Source: Octopus bimaculoides | Lineage: Eukaryota | DNA: 64,000 bases | Direction of reading: 5' to 3' | NCBI RefSeq assembly: GCF_001194135.2 | Contig: NC_068999.1 | Location: 47,101,197 to 47,165,196, forward strand | Shown: positions 12,136-24,420 of the stretch, piece after piece | Layout: the number at the start of each line of letters is the position of its first letter | Position numbering within the stretch: the stretch's first letter is position 1 | Made by a program: the position numbers and the translations under genes | The notes under the pieces: generated by a model | What the model was told of the DNA's origin: nothing | Database searches by the model: none | What the model saw: only the letters and a program-made list of their open reading frames with translations

Positions 12136-12842
12136 ATACCTCATTTACAAATGACTCATCTAAAACAGGATTACAAATTATACATACATTCAGAAAGAGA
12201 AGTAAAATTCTATTGTTTAACTTGATTTTTTTATTCCAATTTACACACCTGTCTATTAATTAACAACAAATGAAACATTTATCAATTTGTAGACCTTTGT
12301 TTTTCCCCAATAAATCTGAATTATTTTTTAAATAACTGCTTCTTCTCTATTTCAAGTATTTGAATACTTTAATGAAGGTTTTTTTTTTTTTTTTTTTCTT
12401 AGCTTTTATCTAAGAAAGATGCTGTTCTTTAAATGTGAAGTGTAGCAAGTTACTTGCCCTGCTGTATCTAATGTCCATAACACTTTTCATTGACCAATGC
12501 TCAACATTATTTTCTTGAGGCTGAATAATTGAAATCAGTCTTCAGAAATATTCTTCTTCTTCCAAAAGTATTATTAATAGTGTTATGATGTCAACTAGTG
12601 CTTTGTCTGCACATGTTTTTGGCATCTTGAATGACAGTTAAATATGGTTTTGCACACACACACACACACACGTCTATAGTTTATTATTTAATAAGTGTAA
12701 TTCAGTTCCTTGTGACTGTCTTACAAACCCAGAGAAAAGTTAAGCTCTTTGGAGCTGAGTCAAACTGTTATTAAATAACTCATGAAATGTGTGGAGTGTC
12801 ACTTACTTTGTTTGTCCACTTAGGTGTGTGTATGTATGTGTG

Positions 12843-12873
<31 letters not shown>

Positions 12874-14624
12874 ATGTATATACATGTGTGTGTGTGTGTG
12901 TGTGTTTTTCAGTGCCAGTCTTCCTGTGAAACCATCAATTAATATATGTCATGTTAAGAAATACATCTTCATCGGTTTCCCCCGTTCCATTTATGTCTCT
13001 CCACTCTTCAACTTGTGGTTCTGTTTCACCACAAGACTTGATATCTGACAAGGAAGTTTAATAACGTGAACAACAACAACAATAATAAAGTACATTTTGT
13101 CCTCCTCCTCTTACATCATCATCATCATCATTATTATTATTATTATTATTATTATTTTAAAGTTTCCTGTAGACTTATTTTCTATAAATCTTTTCAAACA
13201 GACACTGACAACATTTTAGATGTGTATTAACATGTGTAAAAGTGGTCTGTGTTTTCTCTTTTTCTCTCTTTTTTTTTTTCTTTTTTTCTTCTCAGTAACG
13301 GGGGATATTTTTTCCGAGAAAACAACTGCAAAAAAGTGGCCACCACTCCTGTAAACTATAGCTGTCAACCACCACCACCACCATTATCACCTTCACTATC
13401 ATCATGAACATAATCATTGTCATCATCAGCCATCATCATCATCATCATTGTCATCATATAGTAGTTATTAAACCATCGAGAAAGCTTATGTGAAAATTGC
13501 TCACTTACAATTACTGTTGAGTACAAATGACTAGAGACTACTACTACTTCTACTACTACTACTACTACTACTAGAGAAGATATATATCCAATAATAGGCC
13601 CCGTTAAGGATTTTATGATACATTTAGTGTATTATTTTGTCTAATATCAAATTCTTCATAAATTCCAGTCAAAGGGGTATTTTTTTTTTTCCTCTTCCCA
13701 CCCACCCCTTACATTCTTTACAATGCCATTGGAAAGCTGAGTTCTATTATTTTTCTGATTCTGATAAATGGCATAGAATATCCCATTCTGTCAGTTAGTT
13801 AACTGAAGATAATATTTATTAAAAAAAATTTTTAAAAAAAAAGAAAGAAAGAAAAGAAAAAGTAAAAAACCATATTTCTTCTCCATTATTCGCTACATTG
13901 TTTCTCTGTAAAAGACACAAAACCAGAACGGGAGGCAACAGCAGCAACAACAACAACAGCAGAGGTTGTTGTATGCTGAGGTAAAAAGGTTTTCCTTATT
14001 GTACAATCATGTAAATAAATTTTTAATGTGCACTCAAGTTTAGAGTCGTTGTTTATTGATGTTGTTCTTGGCACTGTTGTTATTGTTGTCATTTGTTGTT
14101 ATTGTTAAGGCAGTGGATTGGCAAAGTTGTTAGTGCATCTGGAATCATCATCATCATCATCATCGTTTAACGTCCGCTTTCCATGCTAGCGTGGGTTGGA
14201 CGATTTGACTGAGGACTGGTGAAACCGGATGGCAACAACAGGCTCCAATCTAAATTTGGCAGAGTTTCTACAGCTGGATGCCCTTCCTAACGCCAACCAC
14301 TCAAAAAAACAAATGCTTAGCAGTATTTCTTAAGGTTCAAGTCATGCCCAAGTCAATGCTGCATTTCATTCTGTCAGGGTCGATAGAAATAAGCACCAGT
14401 TGAGTACTGAGATTGGTTTAATTGACTAACCTCACTTCCTCCATAATTTCAGGCCTCGTCGTTACTGCACCCGGCAAAATGTTTTTTTTTATAGTTTCAG
14501 CTCAGAGCTGCGGCCATGCTGATGCACCACCATTTTGTCCATCTTCACGTTCTGAGTTCAAATTCTGCTGAGGTTGACTTTGATTTTCATCCTTTCGGGG
14601 TTGATAAAACAATCATAGCAGGCC

Positions 14625-15130
14625 CAAACTGAAACACACAGGCTCAGCAACCTTTTAGATATATACTGAAACCTATTTTAAAATAAATACCAAGTCTTGT
14701 AAGGGACAATTTGGATCTGCTAAGCTATCTCCCAAAATCCATAAACAATGATACCACTATCGTATCTTTTAATGTGGTAAACCTCTATACCACAATCCCA
14801 CACCAATATGGACTAGAAGCAATAAATTTCTGGCTTGAGAAATTCCAGACAGAATTGAAAACAGTCTCATCAACTTTCTAGACTTCGATGGCAATATTTA
14901 CAAACAAATATCTGGGACTGCAATGGGAACAAAAGTTGCTCTGATGCCAATCTAGTCATGGCATACATGGTGGTTCAGATATATGAACAATCTAAATGAA
15001 AATATGGCTTGAACTTCCACAAATATCTACTAGAAAACTCGAAACGTTACCTAAATGACTACCTAATCTCATGGACGCACACATTTGAACAACTTACAGA
15101 TTTCAAAAAACATAATCAACAGTATAAACA
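14625..15130 (+). pseudogene. Penelope-like element (PLE) reverse transcriptase relic 1
   Basis: Frame-disrupted motifs SFNVVNLYTTIPHQYGLEAI and YKQISGTAMGTKVA..ANLVM, typical of PLE RT. Confidence 0.75.
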
Positions 15131-15904
15131 ATAGGAGCAAGGCAGTGGATTGGGAGACGCAATGAATTTATTATAATATTGTATACAAATTATATAATAT
15201 TATATTAAATATCAAATGATTCATAGTATGTATAAATTATTAAAATATAAAATATTTATACATAAAATAGGGGTGGGGTGTTGGGCGTATCATGTGGCCA
15301 TGAGGTGGGGGGTGGGGGCCCAAAAGGTTTGAGAACCTCTGCTGTAGATGGGTTTTATAGGAATTTGACTTATTTCTAGCAGATGGAACGATCCTGTGTT
15401 AGAAACTCCATCCCGTTGTCATCATATACGTGGATGATGAGGGAGAGATGTTTATGTCTGTAAATGGTGGCAAGTTAAAGTTGTCTTTTGAGACCCTTTA
15501 ATCAATGATGAAGGTTGATATATTTTACCTTCGTAAGTGGTTTCGAAATTAGTGTTGACTCATGTCAAAAATTCGTTAAATAGAATGTTTTGTCTCAGTC
15601 AAAATGTTATCAGCATATTAGTTTTCAACTGCATCGTTCAACTTGAAGGTCAGAAGAACTTAATTAAGTCTGGTAGATTCTTTAAGTTTAAAGTACAACA
15701 AATTGTTGACATTATAAAAAATAAATTCTACTTGCTGTTTGGTAATTGTGTTTCACTGTTGATGACAAACATTCTGTCTTCTTGACATTATCCACGGAGA
15801 TTTCTTTATCTTTATATTTCAATAAAAAAATATTAACCCTTTATAGAATGTGACAGGAAAATACATCGTACAGAAAATTAAGATAGATTTTTTTAAAACA
15901 TGCA

Positions 15905-17431
15905 GGAGAAACCCAAAGTAATGAATTTATCAAAGAAAACTCTCTCCGCAACAAAGATCAGTATACTAGCTAGAGGATTAAAATTTACCCCAACCCCATG
16001 AAGACTTAACCAAAATGAAATTAAAGACAATATTTCGGAATTCCGCAGAAAACTACGATTCACAGAATCACTAACTGACTGCAACAACAGGATGAATCAC
16101 TGGTTAAAAACAGAAGTAATTATCTTACATCTAAATGTAAGAATTAAATACTAGATGACTTCTGCGACCATATCCATACTTTCCATAAGCGAAAAATTAA
16201 TTCAAACCTCAACAATCTAGAATGGAAATATCTAATTGAACTACAAAACGACAAGGAACTGACAATTAAAGAAGCAGACAAAGGAAGTGTTATAGTCCCG
16301 ATGGACGCAGAATACTACAAAAACCTAGTGTTATCCATGCTAGAAAACAATACATCCTAAGAAAAAGTTGTAAACAACAAAAAGCAATGAAAAATCTTGT
16401 ATCCTTGATTCTTCTACATGGAAAAGATCTGACAGAAAAAAGAAATAGATCATATCACGAACTTTAAATGTAAATCTAGTCTCTTTTATGTCTTACCTAG
16501 AATACGCAAGAGCAAGATAGTCAACGAAGCCTGCAAACAATCACCAGGCAAATACATAAATATCCAAGCGCCAGAAGACTTAAAGTTAAGACCCATTATA
16601 GCTGACCCACCGCCTAAGCAATTTTCTAGACATCCTACTAAAACCTTTGCTGAAATACATCAACAGTTTCATTAGAGACGATTTAGACACGTTTGAGCAC
16701 TTACCAAAAACAACTAATGGAGAGACATTGGTTTCCCTCGATGTTTTTAATCTTTATATACCGACATCCCACATGACTATGAAATAGAAGCAATAAAATT
16801 CTAGTTGGAAAAGTATCCCGAAGTACTTCCGGAACGCATAAACCAGGTTTTTATTATTGAAACTTTAAAATTTATACTTCAGAACAATTATTTCCTATTT
16901 GATGACACCTGTTATCGTAAAAAATGTGGAATTGCGATGGGAACGAAAGCAGCCCCTGTTCTTGCGAACCTAATAATGGGATATTTTGAATTCATTATTT
17001 ATGAAGTATCACTTCAAAAATATGGATATCCATTTTACTATTATATAAGAGAGAACTGGAAAAGATACCTGGATGACTGCTTTATCATCTGGGAGGAGAC
17101 CATTGATAAACTTTCGGAATTTAAAACAATACTAAATAATATAAACCATTACATTCAATTTACAATGGAATATAATAAAGAACAGCTTCGTTTCTTAGAT
17201 ATTATAACAAAAAAGAAAAAAGTCACCAGTCAAATTATAATTGATATTTATCATAAACCAACGGACTCGAAGCAATATCTCCTGTTTAGCTCATGTCACC
17301 CGAAACACATCAAAAGAAATATTCCCTTTAATCTAGTAAAAAGGATTTTCACAATAGTGTCTGATAGAAATACTCGGGATCTTCGTCTTCAAGACCTCAG
17401 ATTTTTATTGATATGTCATATGTTTTTATAA
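15905..17431 (+). pseudogene. Penelope-like element RT relic 2 (Neptune-like by motif), 3'-truncated
   Basis: VMNLSKK..ILARGLKFTPTP N-terminal motif; ORF 16805-17431 has GIAMGTKAAPVLANL, WKRYLDDCFIIW and DIYHKPTDSKQYLLFSSCHPKHIKRNIP. Upstream part has stops and frameshifts; no GIY-YIG domain seen. Confidence 0.88.
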
Positions 17432-17725
17432 ATCATATATTAGCGCTTTCATCTACTCTAATAGATTCTTCAGATATATATATATATATATATATACATA
17501 TANNNNNNNNNNNNNNNNNNNNNNNNNNNNNNNNNNNNNNNNNNNNNNNNNNNNNNNNNNNNNNNNNNNNNNNNNNNNNNNNNNNNNNNNNNNNNNNNNN
17601 NNNNNNNNNNNNNNNNNNNNNNNNNNNNNNNNNNNNNNNNNNNNNNNNNNNNNNNNNNNNNNNNNNNNNNNNNNNNNNNNNNNNNNNNNNNNNNNNNNNN
17701 NNNNNNNNNNNNNNNNNNNNNNNNN

Positions 17726-17756
<31 letters not shown>

Positions 17757-17769
17757 GTGTATCCAATCC

Positions 17770-17990
17770 AATGCCACCCCGTCGTTTACGACGACGAGTG
17801 TTCCAGTTGATCCCATCAACGGAACAGCCTGTTCGTGAAATTAACGTGCAAATGGCTGAGTATTCCACAGACACGCGTACCCTTAACGTAGTTCTTAGGG
17901 AGATTCAACATGGCACAGAGTGTGACAAGGCTGGCCCTTTGATATCAAGTACTACTCATTTTTGCCAGCTGAGTGGACTGAAACAACTTG
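17770..17990 (-). mobile_element. Third SINE family body
   Basis: Homologous in opposite orientation to 55390-55650. A matching tRNA-like head (tgaccgagtgg...ggtttcgattcc) is on the - strand at 21480-21625. Confidence 0.6.
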
Positions 17991-18577
17991 TGTTAAGTTT
18001 CTCAGTTTGGAAGATCTGCTGTATCTACTGTAAACCTTATAGCTGTGCTAACCTCTAAACCAAAGTGACATCACAACATTGACCGTCCAAATTAAGAAAT
18101 TTAAAATATTTTCTGTTTGGATTTCACTTTTTAAACCGTTTTAATGAAGTGAAAATTTTGAAATTTGGTATTTTGATGTAATTTTCCACGCTGAATCTGA
18201 TGTTGTTATTTACTTGTCCCAGAAAAAAAAAAAAAGAACCGTTATGCATTCTGGGTTATACCTTCGTAATCTTTCCATAGTTAAGATTCATGATACTATA
18301 ACTTTAGTTAAGCTATACACACAAAAAATTAACGGAGACCCAGATTGTGTTAACGAAAGATTTATTCAGTTAAATACGTGAGGGTGACAGCCGCCAATCA
18401 GTTCCTGCTTTGTAGGAAGCCTACTTAACCGGAAGTTTACTTCGCCGCAGACCAGCTCTCTGGCTAGCCCGCAGTGAAGTTCCTGTCTACAACTGGTCTA
18501 TCATAAATTCTTGGGTAGTCCCCTACAATAGTAACACAATGGAACTTGTGTTCTCTTGGAATGCCAACAGTTCAGTG

Positions 18578-19139
18578 GGATCTTTTTTAAAACGGGGGCC
18601 ACATTTTTCATTAACGAAACACTTTGAAACTTGGAACACTGGTAGAATGTGTCATATAAAACATCTTTTTCTCTTAGTCTTCTTAAAAAAAAAAGAAATC
18701 CATAAATTATTCCATGTTAAAGTTGTCGTATTTCTGTAATTTCAACCAATCACTGACGTCCATTCAGCCGATATACATTAAGTGCCGACTACATAAACAA
18801 ACGATTCTGAAACAATTAACCCTAACCCTAAGGTTAGGGTTAGGGTTAAAGCAAATTTAAAATGAAAAAAGCAAATAAAACGAAGGTATGGAGATTAAAT
18901 ACGCGTTACATCGCTTAATGAGCCAAAGGAGTAAATGTAAACAACTGAATACTTGTCACTGATTGGTTGAAATTATCGAAATAAGACAATTTTTTACATG
19001 AAATAAATTCGAATACAAAAATATTTTTCTGTTCTATAACACAAAATAGATAAGTATACGAAGTTTGAAAGTCTTTCCGTACCAAAAACACTACGTAAAA
19101 CATTAATGAAAAATGTGGCCCCCGTTTTAAAAAAGATCC
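18578..19139. mobile_element. Intact 562-bp MITE, Merlin-like
   Basis: Perfect 37-bp TIRs GGATCTTTTTTAAAACGGGGGCCACATTTTTCATTAA (18578-18614 / 19103-19139) and 8-bp TSD GTTCAGTG (18570-18577 / 19140-19147). 5'-GG termini with an 8-bp TSD fit the Merlin superfamily. Confidence 0.88.
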
Positions 19140-21789
19140 GTTCAGTGACCCAGTTAAGAAGGCTTATATATTTGGTGACAAGAGAATCGTATTTCATTGT
19201 CACCCATTAATTGGGGGCGAGTTTAATGCACTCTGGGATCAAAGACATGGTTTATTCATAAGCTAATTATTTTGGCAAGAAATTTATCAGTGACGTCAGC
19301 CGTTGTTTTCAACAGATACGCTTCTCCCTGCCTCTCCTCTCTCTATCTCTCTCTCTCTCTCTCTTTTCCCCCGCTCTCTCGATCTATCTATCAGTCTATC
19401 TATACACATACACGCACGCGCACACACACATGCGCGCAGGCACACAGGTTTTTGCAAAGAACTCTCCATAGTCATGATATTCGAAGAAAGACTTTCTGAA
19501 ATAAAAGAATAGTTATTAATTATGCAAAAAAAGGTGTTTATGAAACAGAATGACAAGAAACTTTTGGAAGGAAGTTTTCATATTGCATGCAAAAGCTTTC
19601 GCTGTTTACGGCTTTTCAAACACACGTGTTAGGGGGTCCTCCCCATAACACGTGTTTTAAGTTCGGAAGGATAACAAAGACATAATCTAGAATGTATAAT
19701 GGTTTCATTATTGAATACTAACGTATTGTCCTTCAGGCGGTCCGGTGCCCTCTGTGTCACCTTTCTGGCATCCAGGTTAGGTGCAGCTCTCCAGCTCTGT
19801 AAGGCAATTCATCTGGGAGAAGGCTACTCTGATGTAAAACTACAACATCTGGGCATTGCAACCGTCTTAACCCACTGAGTCTCTGCAGTCGGATCTCCAA
19901 GTGTAGAGAGCAGGAGCGGATTGTGTGAACGGACGCTCAATTTAAAACAACTCAACGCGAGCAGAAAGAAAAGTTCTGCAGTGATGGAGGATGGGCGTAA
20001 ACGACAGTTGCTGGATGGTACTGGCAGTCGCAATTCTCGGCTCCGCATGTAGGCGACTACTCTTGTTCATGATCTTCGGACACAGAACTGTCATCACTGT
20101 TATCATCAGTTGTACAAAACTCTGTAGAGAGATAGGGTTAGTATCTTAGTAGCTTTACAAAGTGGCAAGCTGGTAGAATTGTTAAAACACTCCGCAAAAA
20201 ATGCTTCACGACATTTCTTCCGACTTTGCCTTTTTTGTTCAAATTCTGTTGGGGTTCGATGAAATAAGCGTCAGTTGTGTATCTAGGGTCAACGTAATCG
20301 ACTTATCCTCTCCCCAGAAATTTCTGGCCTTGTGCAAAAATTGGAAATGAATCTGTACAAGTCGGAAAGCTGGCAGAGTCGCAAACACGCTGGGCGAAAT
20401 GCTTAGCGGTATTTCTTCCGACTTTAACGTTTCGAGTTTAAATTCCGCCGGGGTCGACTTTGCCATTCATCCTTTCGGGGTCGATAAAATAAATACCAGT
20501 TGAATACTTGGGGTTCGATGTAATCGACTTATCGCCTCCCCAGATATTTTTGGCCTTGTGCCAAAATTTGAAACCAATATTTTAAGTAGTTGTACGAAAC
20601 TGTGCAGATAATTGGGGTTAATATGTTAGGTACAAAACTGGTGATGTTTACGTCCCTGATGTTGGGTGAATTACCATAACTACGACATGTGCCAAATTTA
20701 TTTTTAAGCCTCAGAAAAGGCTCGAGAGAAGAAAAATATTTCTCGAAAATAAGCGTATCTCCAGGGTTATCAACAGATCAAGCCATAATAGTAATAAATT
20801 GCTGATAAAGGTTAATGGTTCACCCAAGATGTAATCTTAGTTCTTAGTAATTTAAAAACCGTTCTTGTCTACTGTTGTCTCTCTTAATTCTGGTGTCACT
20901 AGAAACCCAGATACCTTTGACATTTTCTTATCCTACAAACATTACCAAATTCTCCACCCAGCTTGTGATCCTACTTTAGAAAAAAATCCAGAGTGCGTTC
21001 CGGGAAGAGAATCTTTACGTTTATTTGAAAATATGTGTGTGTGTGCGTGCGTGCGTGTATATTAATTTATGCATACGTGTGTCTGTATATATACATCCGA
21101 CCATACATACATCTGTTCACGTATGTGTGTGTTTGTACGTATTGAATATTTTCCATGTATTTGCTGTATGTATGTATGTATGTATGTATGTATGCATGTA
21201 TGTATGTATGTATGTGTGTATGTATTTGCTGTATGTTATTTGCCAATAGCAGGTTGCGTACAAGGGAGATCATGGTTTGGAATGTATGTATGTATGTATG
21301 TATATATACGACGGGCTTCTTTCAGTTTCGGTCTACCAAATTCACTCACAAGGCTTTGGTCGGCCCGAGGCTATAGTAGAAGACACTTGCCCAATGTGCC
21401 ACGCAGTGGGACTGAACCCGAAACCATGTGGTTGGTAAGCAAGCTACTTACCACACAGCCACTCCTGTGCCATTCCATCGCAAGGTTACCCATTTACAGT
21501 TGAGTGAACTGGCACGGTGTAAAATGAAGTGCTTTGCTCAAGAACACAATGTACCACCGGTTTGGGAATCGAAACCACAGTCTCGCGATCGTGAGTGCAA
21601 CATCCTAACCACTCGGTCACGCGCCTTCGCTAAGGAATACCAAGCGAATATTTTTGTTCACGCAATTGTCTGAATAATCTGTCTTCGGGGAAATATTTCG
21701 GGTTTTGTTACATACTGTAATTGCGTGGTGCAATGAGTGATGAAATCAATCACTAAGTTGTTTCTCTCTCTCTTTTTTTTTGCTATTAA

Positions 21790-22610
21790 AGGTTATCGAT
21801 CAGTCACACAATACACCACTAATTCAGTTGTCACTGACATTTTAAAACTGTGCACTGAAATCCACGATGACAACCCACCAATTGACAGAATTCTCTCAGC
21901 TGCTGCGGCCATTGTCATTTTATTTGCAACGGGTATTTATTTTCATCTAAAAGAGTTCTCCACAACAAGAAACATCGATTCTCTTTTAGCATCTGTTACC
22001 AAATGTCTAGCAAATAATAACCTTCGAGTTGCCACTTCCTTTATAAACCGGAAGTAAGGATCCAGTCCCTGGTTGAGTAGATTCACCCAGTTTTAATGAA
22101 AATTTAGCAGTCCTTAAAAATTGTGTAATATATCATTCATATATTCGCCATTTTGTGTTGTATAATTTTTATTGCACAAAAGAATTGTGTTGGTTATATA
22201 AGTTACTGTCTCGTGCAATCCTACAAACAACTGATAGCGATCAGTTCATGGCCACTAGTTTGTGGTTTTCTAGATTTAACAATCAGTAGCAATGGTATAT
22301 TGTTAAAGACGATGACACGTTATCTTTTTTTCACACAAATAGAAAATATATCTGACAATGTCGGCTGTTCGTAAAATTGTTCCCCAAGTGCTTTATAATA
22401 AAATATAATGTTGTTTATATGTTGTTTATAGAATATAATGTTGTCAGTGTGAATTTTTGCCAATGCGCTTTTAACCGTGAAGGTTTCATGCATTCATTTC
22501 ATTGAAATTCAGGCAAATTGGTGACAGCTTGTTTCGAAGTATCGGAATAGAGACATACCTTAAATGTTCAATGCTGTACGGTCGATATTTCTTCTTGATT
22601 CAGCCACGGT
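21790..22610 (-). pseudogene. hAT (Buster/Charlie-type) transposase relic, N-terminal half
   Basis: Minus-strand frames give AES..KKKYRPYSIEHLRY, NECMKPSRLKAHW (BED-finger region), VKSRKPQT, FSLKLGESTQPG and LLFARHLVTDAKRES, collinear with Buster-type transposases; many stops and frameshifts. Confidence 0.75.
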
Positions 22611-22646
22611 TATATCTATAAAGATATATACATACATACATACATA

Positions 22647-23024
22647 TGTAGGGAACTGGTTATACACCATTAGGTGTACACCGCTTCCGTACATTAAATT
22701 TCTAGAAGAAACAACGGAACGCAGATTCTGAACAACACAACAACATTTATTTACAGTGGAGTTCAGTTCACGCTTGGAGGGAATTCGGTAGCTCGTCGCC
22801 CTTGGTTACTGAGACGCCTCCTGAATGATTTCCGTGGTTATTTGTGAAGCTCTGGTGCTGGCATGTGAGAGAGCTCTGTTGGACGTCTTGGTTCGACGGA
22901 GATCAGTCAACGAAGAGACTGAGAAAAGGCGCCAAAGCTGGGTGTCGAACTCTACGCATGCGCATGAGACTCTTCCTGTATTCCTTCCGGAACTAGTCCC
23001 TGCGCATGCGTGGATAAAACTCCG
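22647..23024 (-). mobile_element. LTR fragment (probably Gypsy-type), truncated by gap
   Basis: On the - strand it ends ...ttccctACA, has AATAAA about 100 nt before the end, and has a CpG-rich promoter-like part with GCATGCGC motifs. The other end is in the N gap. Confidence 0.5.
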
Positions 23025-24149
23025 NNNNNNNNNNNNNNNNNNNNNNNNNNNNNNNNNNNNNNNNNNNNNNNNNNNNNNNNNNNNNNNNNNNNNNNNNNNN
23101 NNNNNNNNNNNNNNNNNNNNNNNNNNNNNNNNNNNNNNNNNNNNNNNNNNNNNNNNNNNNNNNNNNNNNNNNNNNNNNNNNNNNNNNNNNNNNNNNNNNN
23201 NNNNNNNNNNNNNNNNNNNNNNNNNNNNNNNNNNNNNNNNNNNNNNNNNNNNNNNNNNNNNNNNNNNNNNNNNNNNNNNNNNNNNNNNNNNNNNNNNNNN
23301 NNNNNNNNNNNNNNNNNNNNNNNNNNNNNNNNNNNNNNNNNNNNNNNNNNNNNNNNNNNNNNNNNNNNNNNNNNNNNNNNNNNNNNNNNNNNNNNNNNNN
23401 NNNNNNNNNNNNNNNNNNNNNNNNNNNNNNNNNNNNNNNNNNNNNNNNNNNNNNNNNNNNNNNNNNNNNNNNNNNNNNNNNNNNNNNNNNNNNNNNNNNN
23501 NNNNNNNNNNNNNNNNNNNNNNNNNNNNNNNNNNNNNNNNNNNNNNNNNNNNNNNNNNNNNNNNNNNNNNNNNNNNNNNNNNNNNNNNNNNNNNNNNNNN
23601 NNNNNNNNNNNNNNNNNNNNNNNNNNNNNNNNNNNNNNNNNNNNNNNNNNNNNNNNNNNNNNNNNNNNNNNNNNNNNNNNNNNNNNNNNNNNNNNNNNNN
23701 NNNNNNNNNNNNNNNNNNNNNNNNNNNNNNNNNNNNNNNNNNNNNNNNNNNNNNNNNNNNNNNNNNNNNNNNNNNNNNNNNNNNNNNNNNNNNNNNNNNN
23801 NNNNNNNNNNNNNNNNNNNNNNNNNNNNNNNNNNNNNNNNNNNNNNNNNNNNNNNNNNNNNNNNNNNNNNNNNNNNNNNNNNNNNNNNNNNNNNNNNNNN
23901 NNNNNNNNNNNNNNNNNNNNNNNNNNNNNNNNNNNNNNNNNNNNNNNNATATATATATATATATATAAAATAAAACTAAAAAATAAAAAAATAAAAATAC
24001 AAACACATGAACAAATAAATAAATAAAAACAAATACAAACGAACACGTATTAACAGAGAATATAGGTGATACAGACACTCCCAATACACACATGCACTTA
24101 CAAAAGACACAGACACATTGAAGGACACGCATGCGTAGACACATACAAT

Positions 24150-24420
24150 AGGAATACAAAATACAAAATGGCTTTTGTGATAGTATACTGCACTCACACA
24201 AAAGGTGATTGATGCTCTCGTCTCTTTTCCTGCAGAATCTACATTTACCGTTTGACTGCCGAAGGAGAAGGCTCGTTATTTGGGGGTGCTTTGAAATATT
24301 CTGGGTGGGCACTAATTTGCGTTTCGAAATAAGTGAATCACTGTAAAACTGAGGATGTACACCCTTAGCAACGAGCTTGATAGAATTTATCGAGACCCAC
24401 ATAGGAAATCCATCCATCGA
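24150..24420 (-). pseudogene. Non-LTR retrotransposon C-terminal CCHC zinc-knuckle relic
   Basis: KCRFCRKRDESINHLLCECSIL matches CxxC-x7-H-x4-C found after the RT domain of several LINE clades. Clade not determined. Confidence 0.5.

Noticed and set aside
21480-21625. tRNA gene (also other A/B-box hits in SINEs)
   Set aside because: A/B boxes are present but there is no complete cloverleaf, and the sequence continues into a SINE body.
21737-22057. 106-aa + strand ORF as a novel membrane protein
   Set aside because: It is the antisense frame of the hAT transposase relic.
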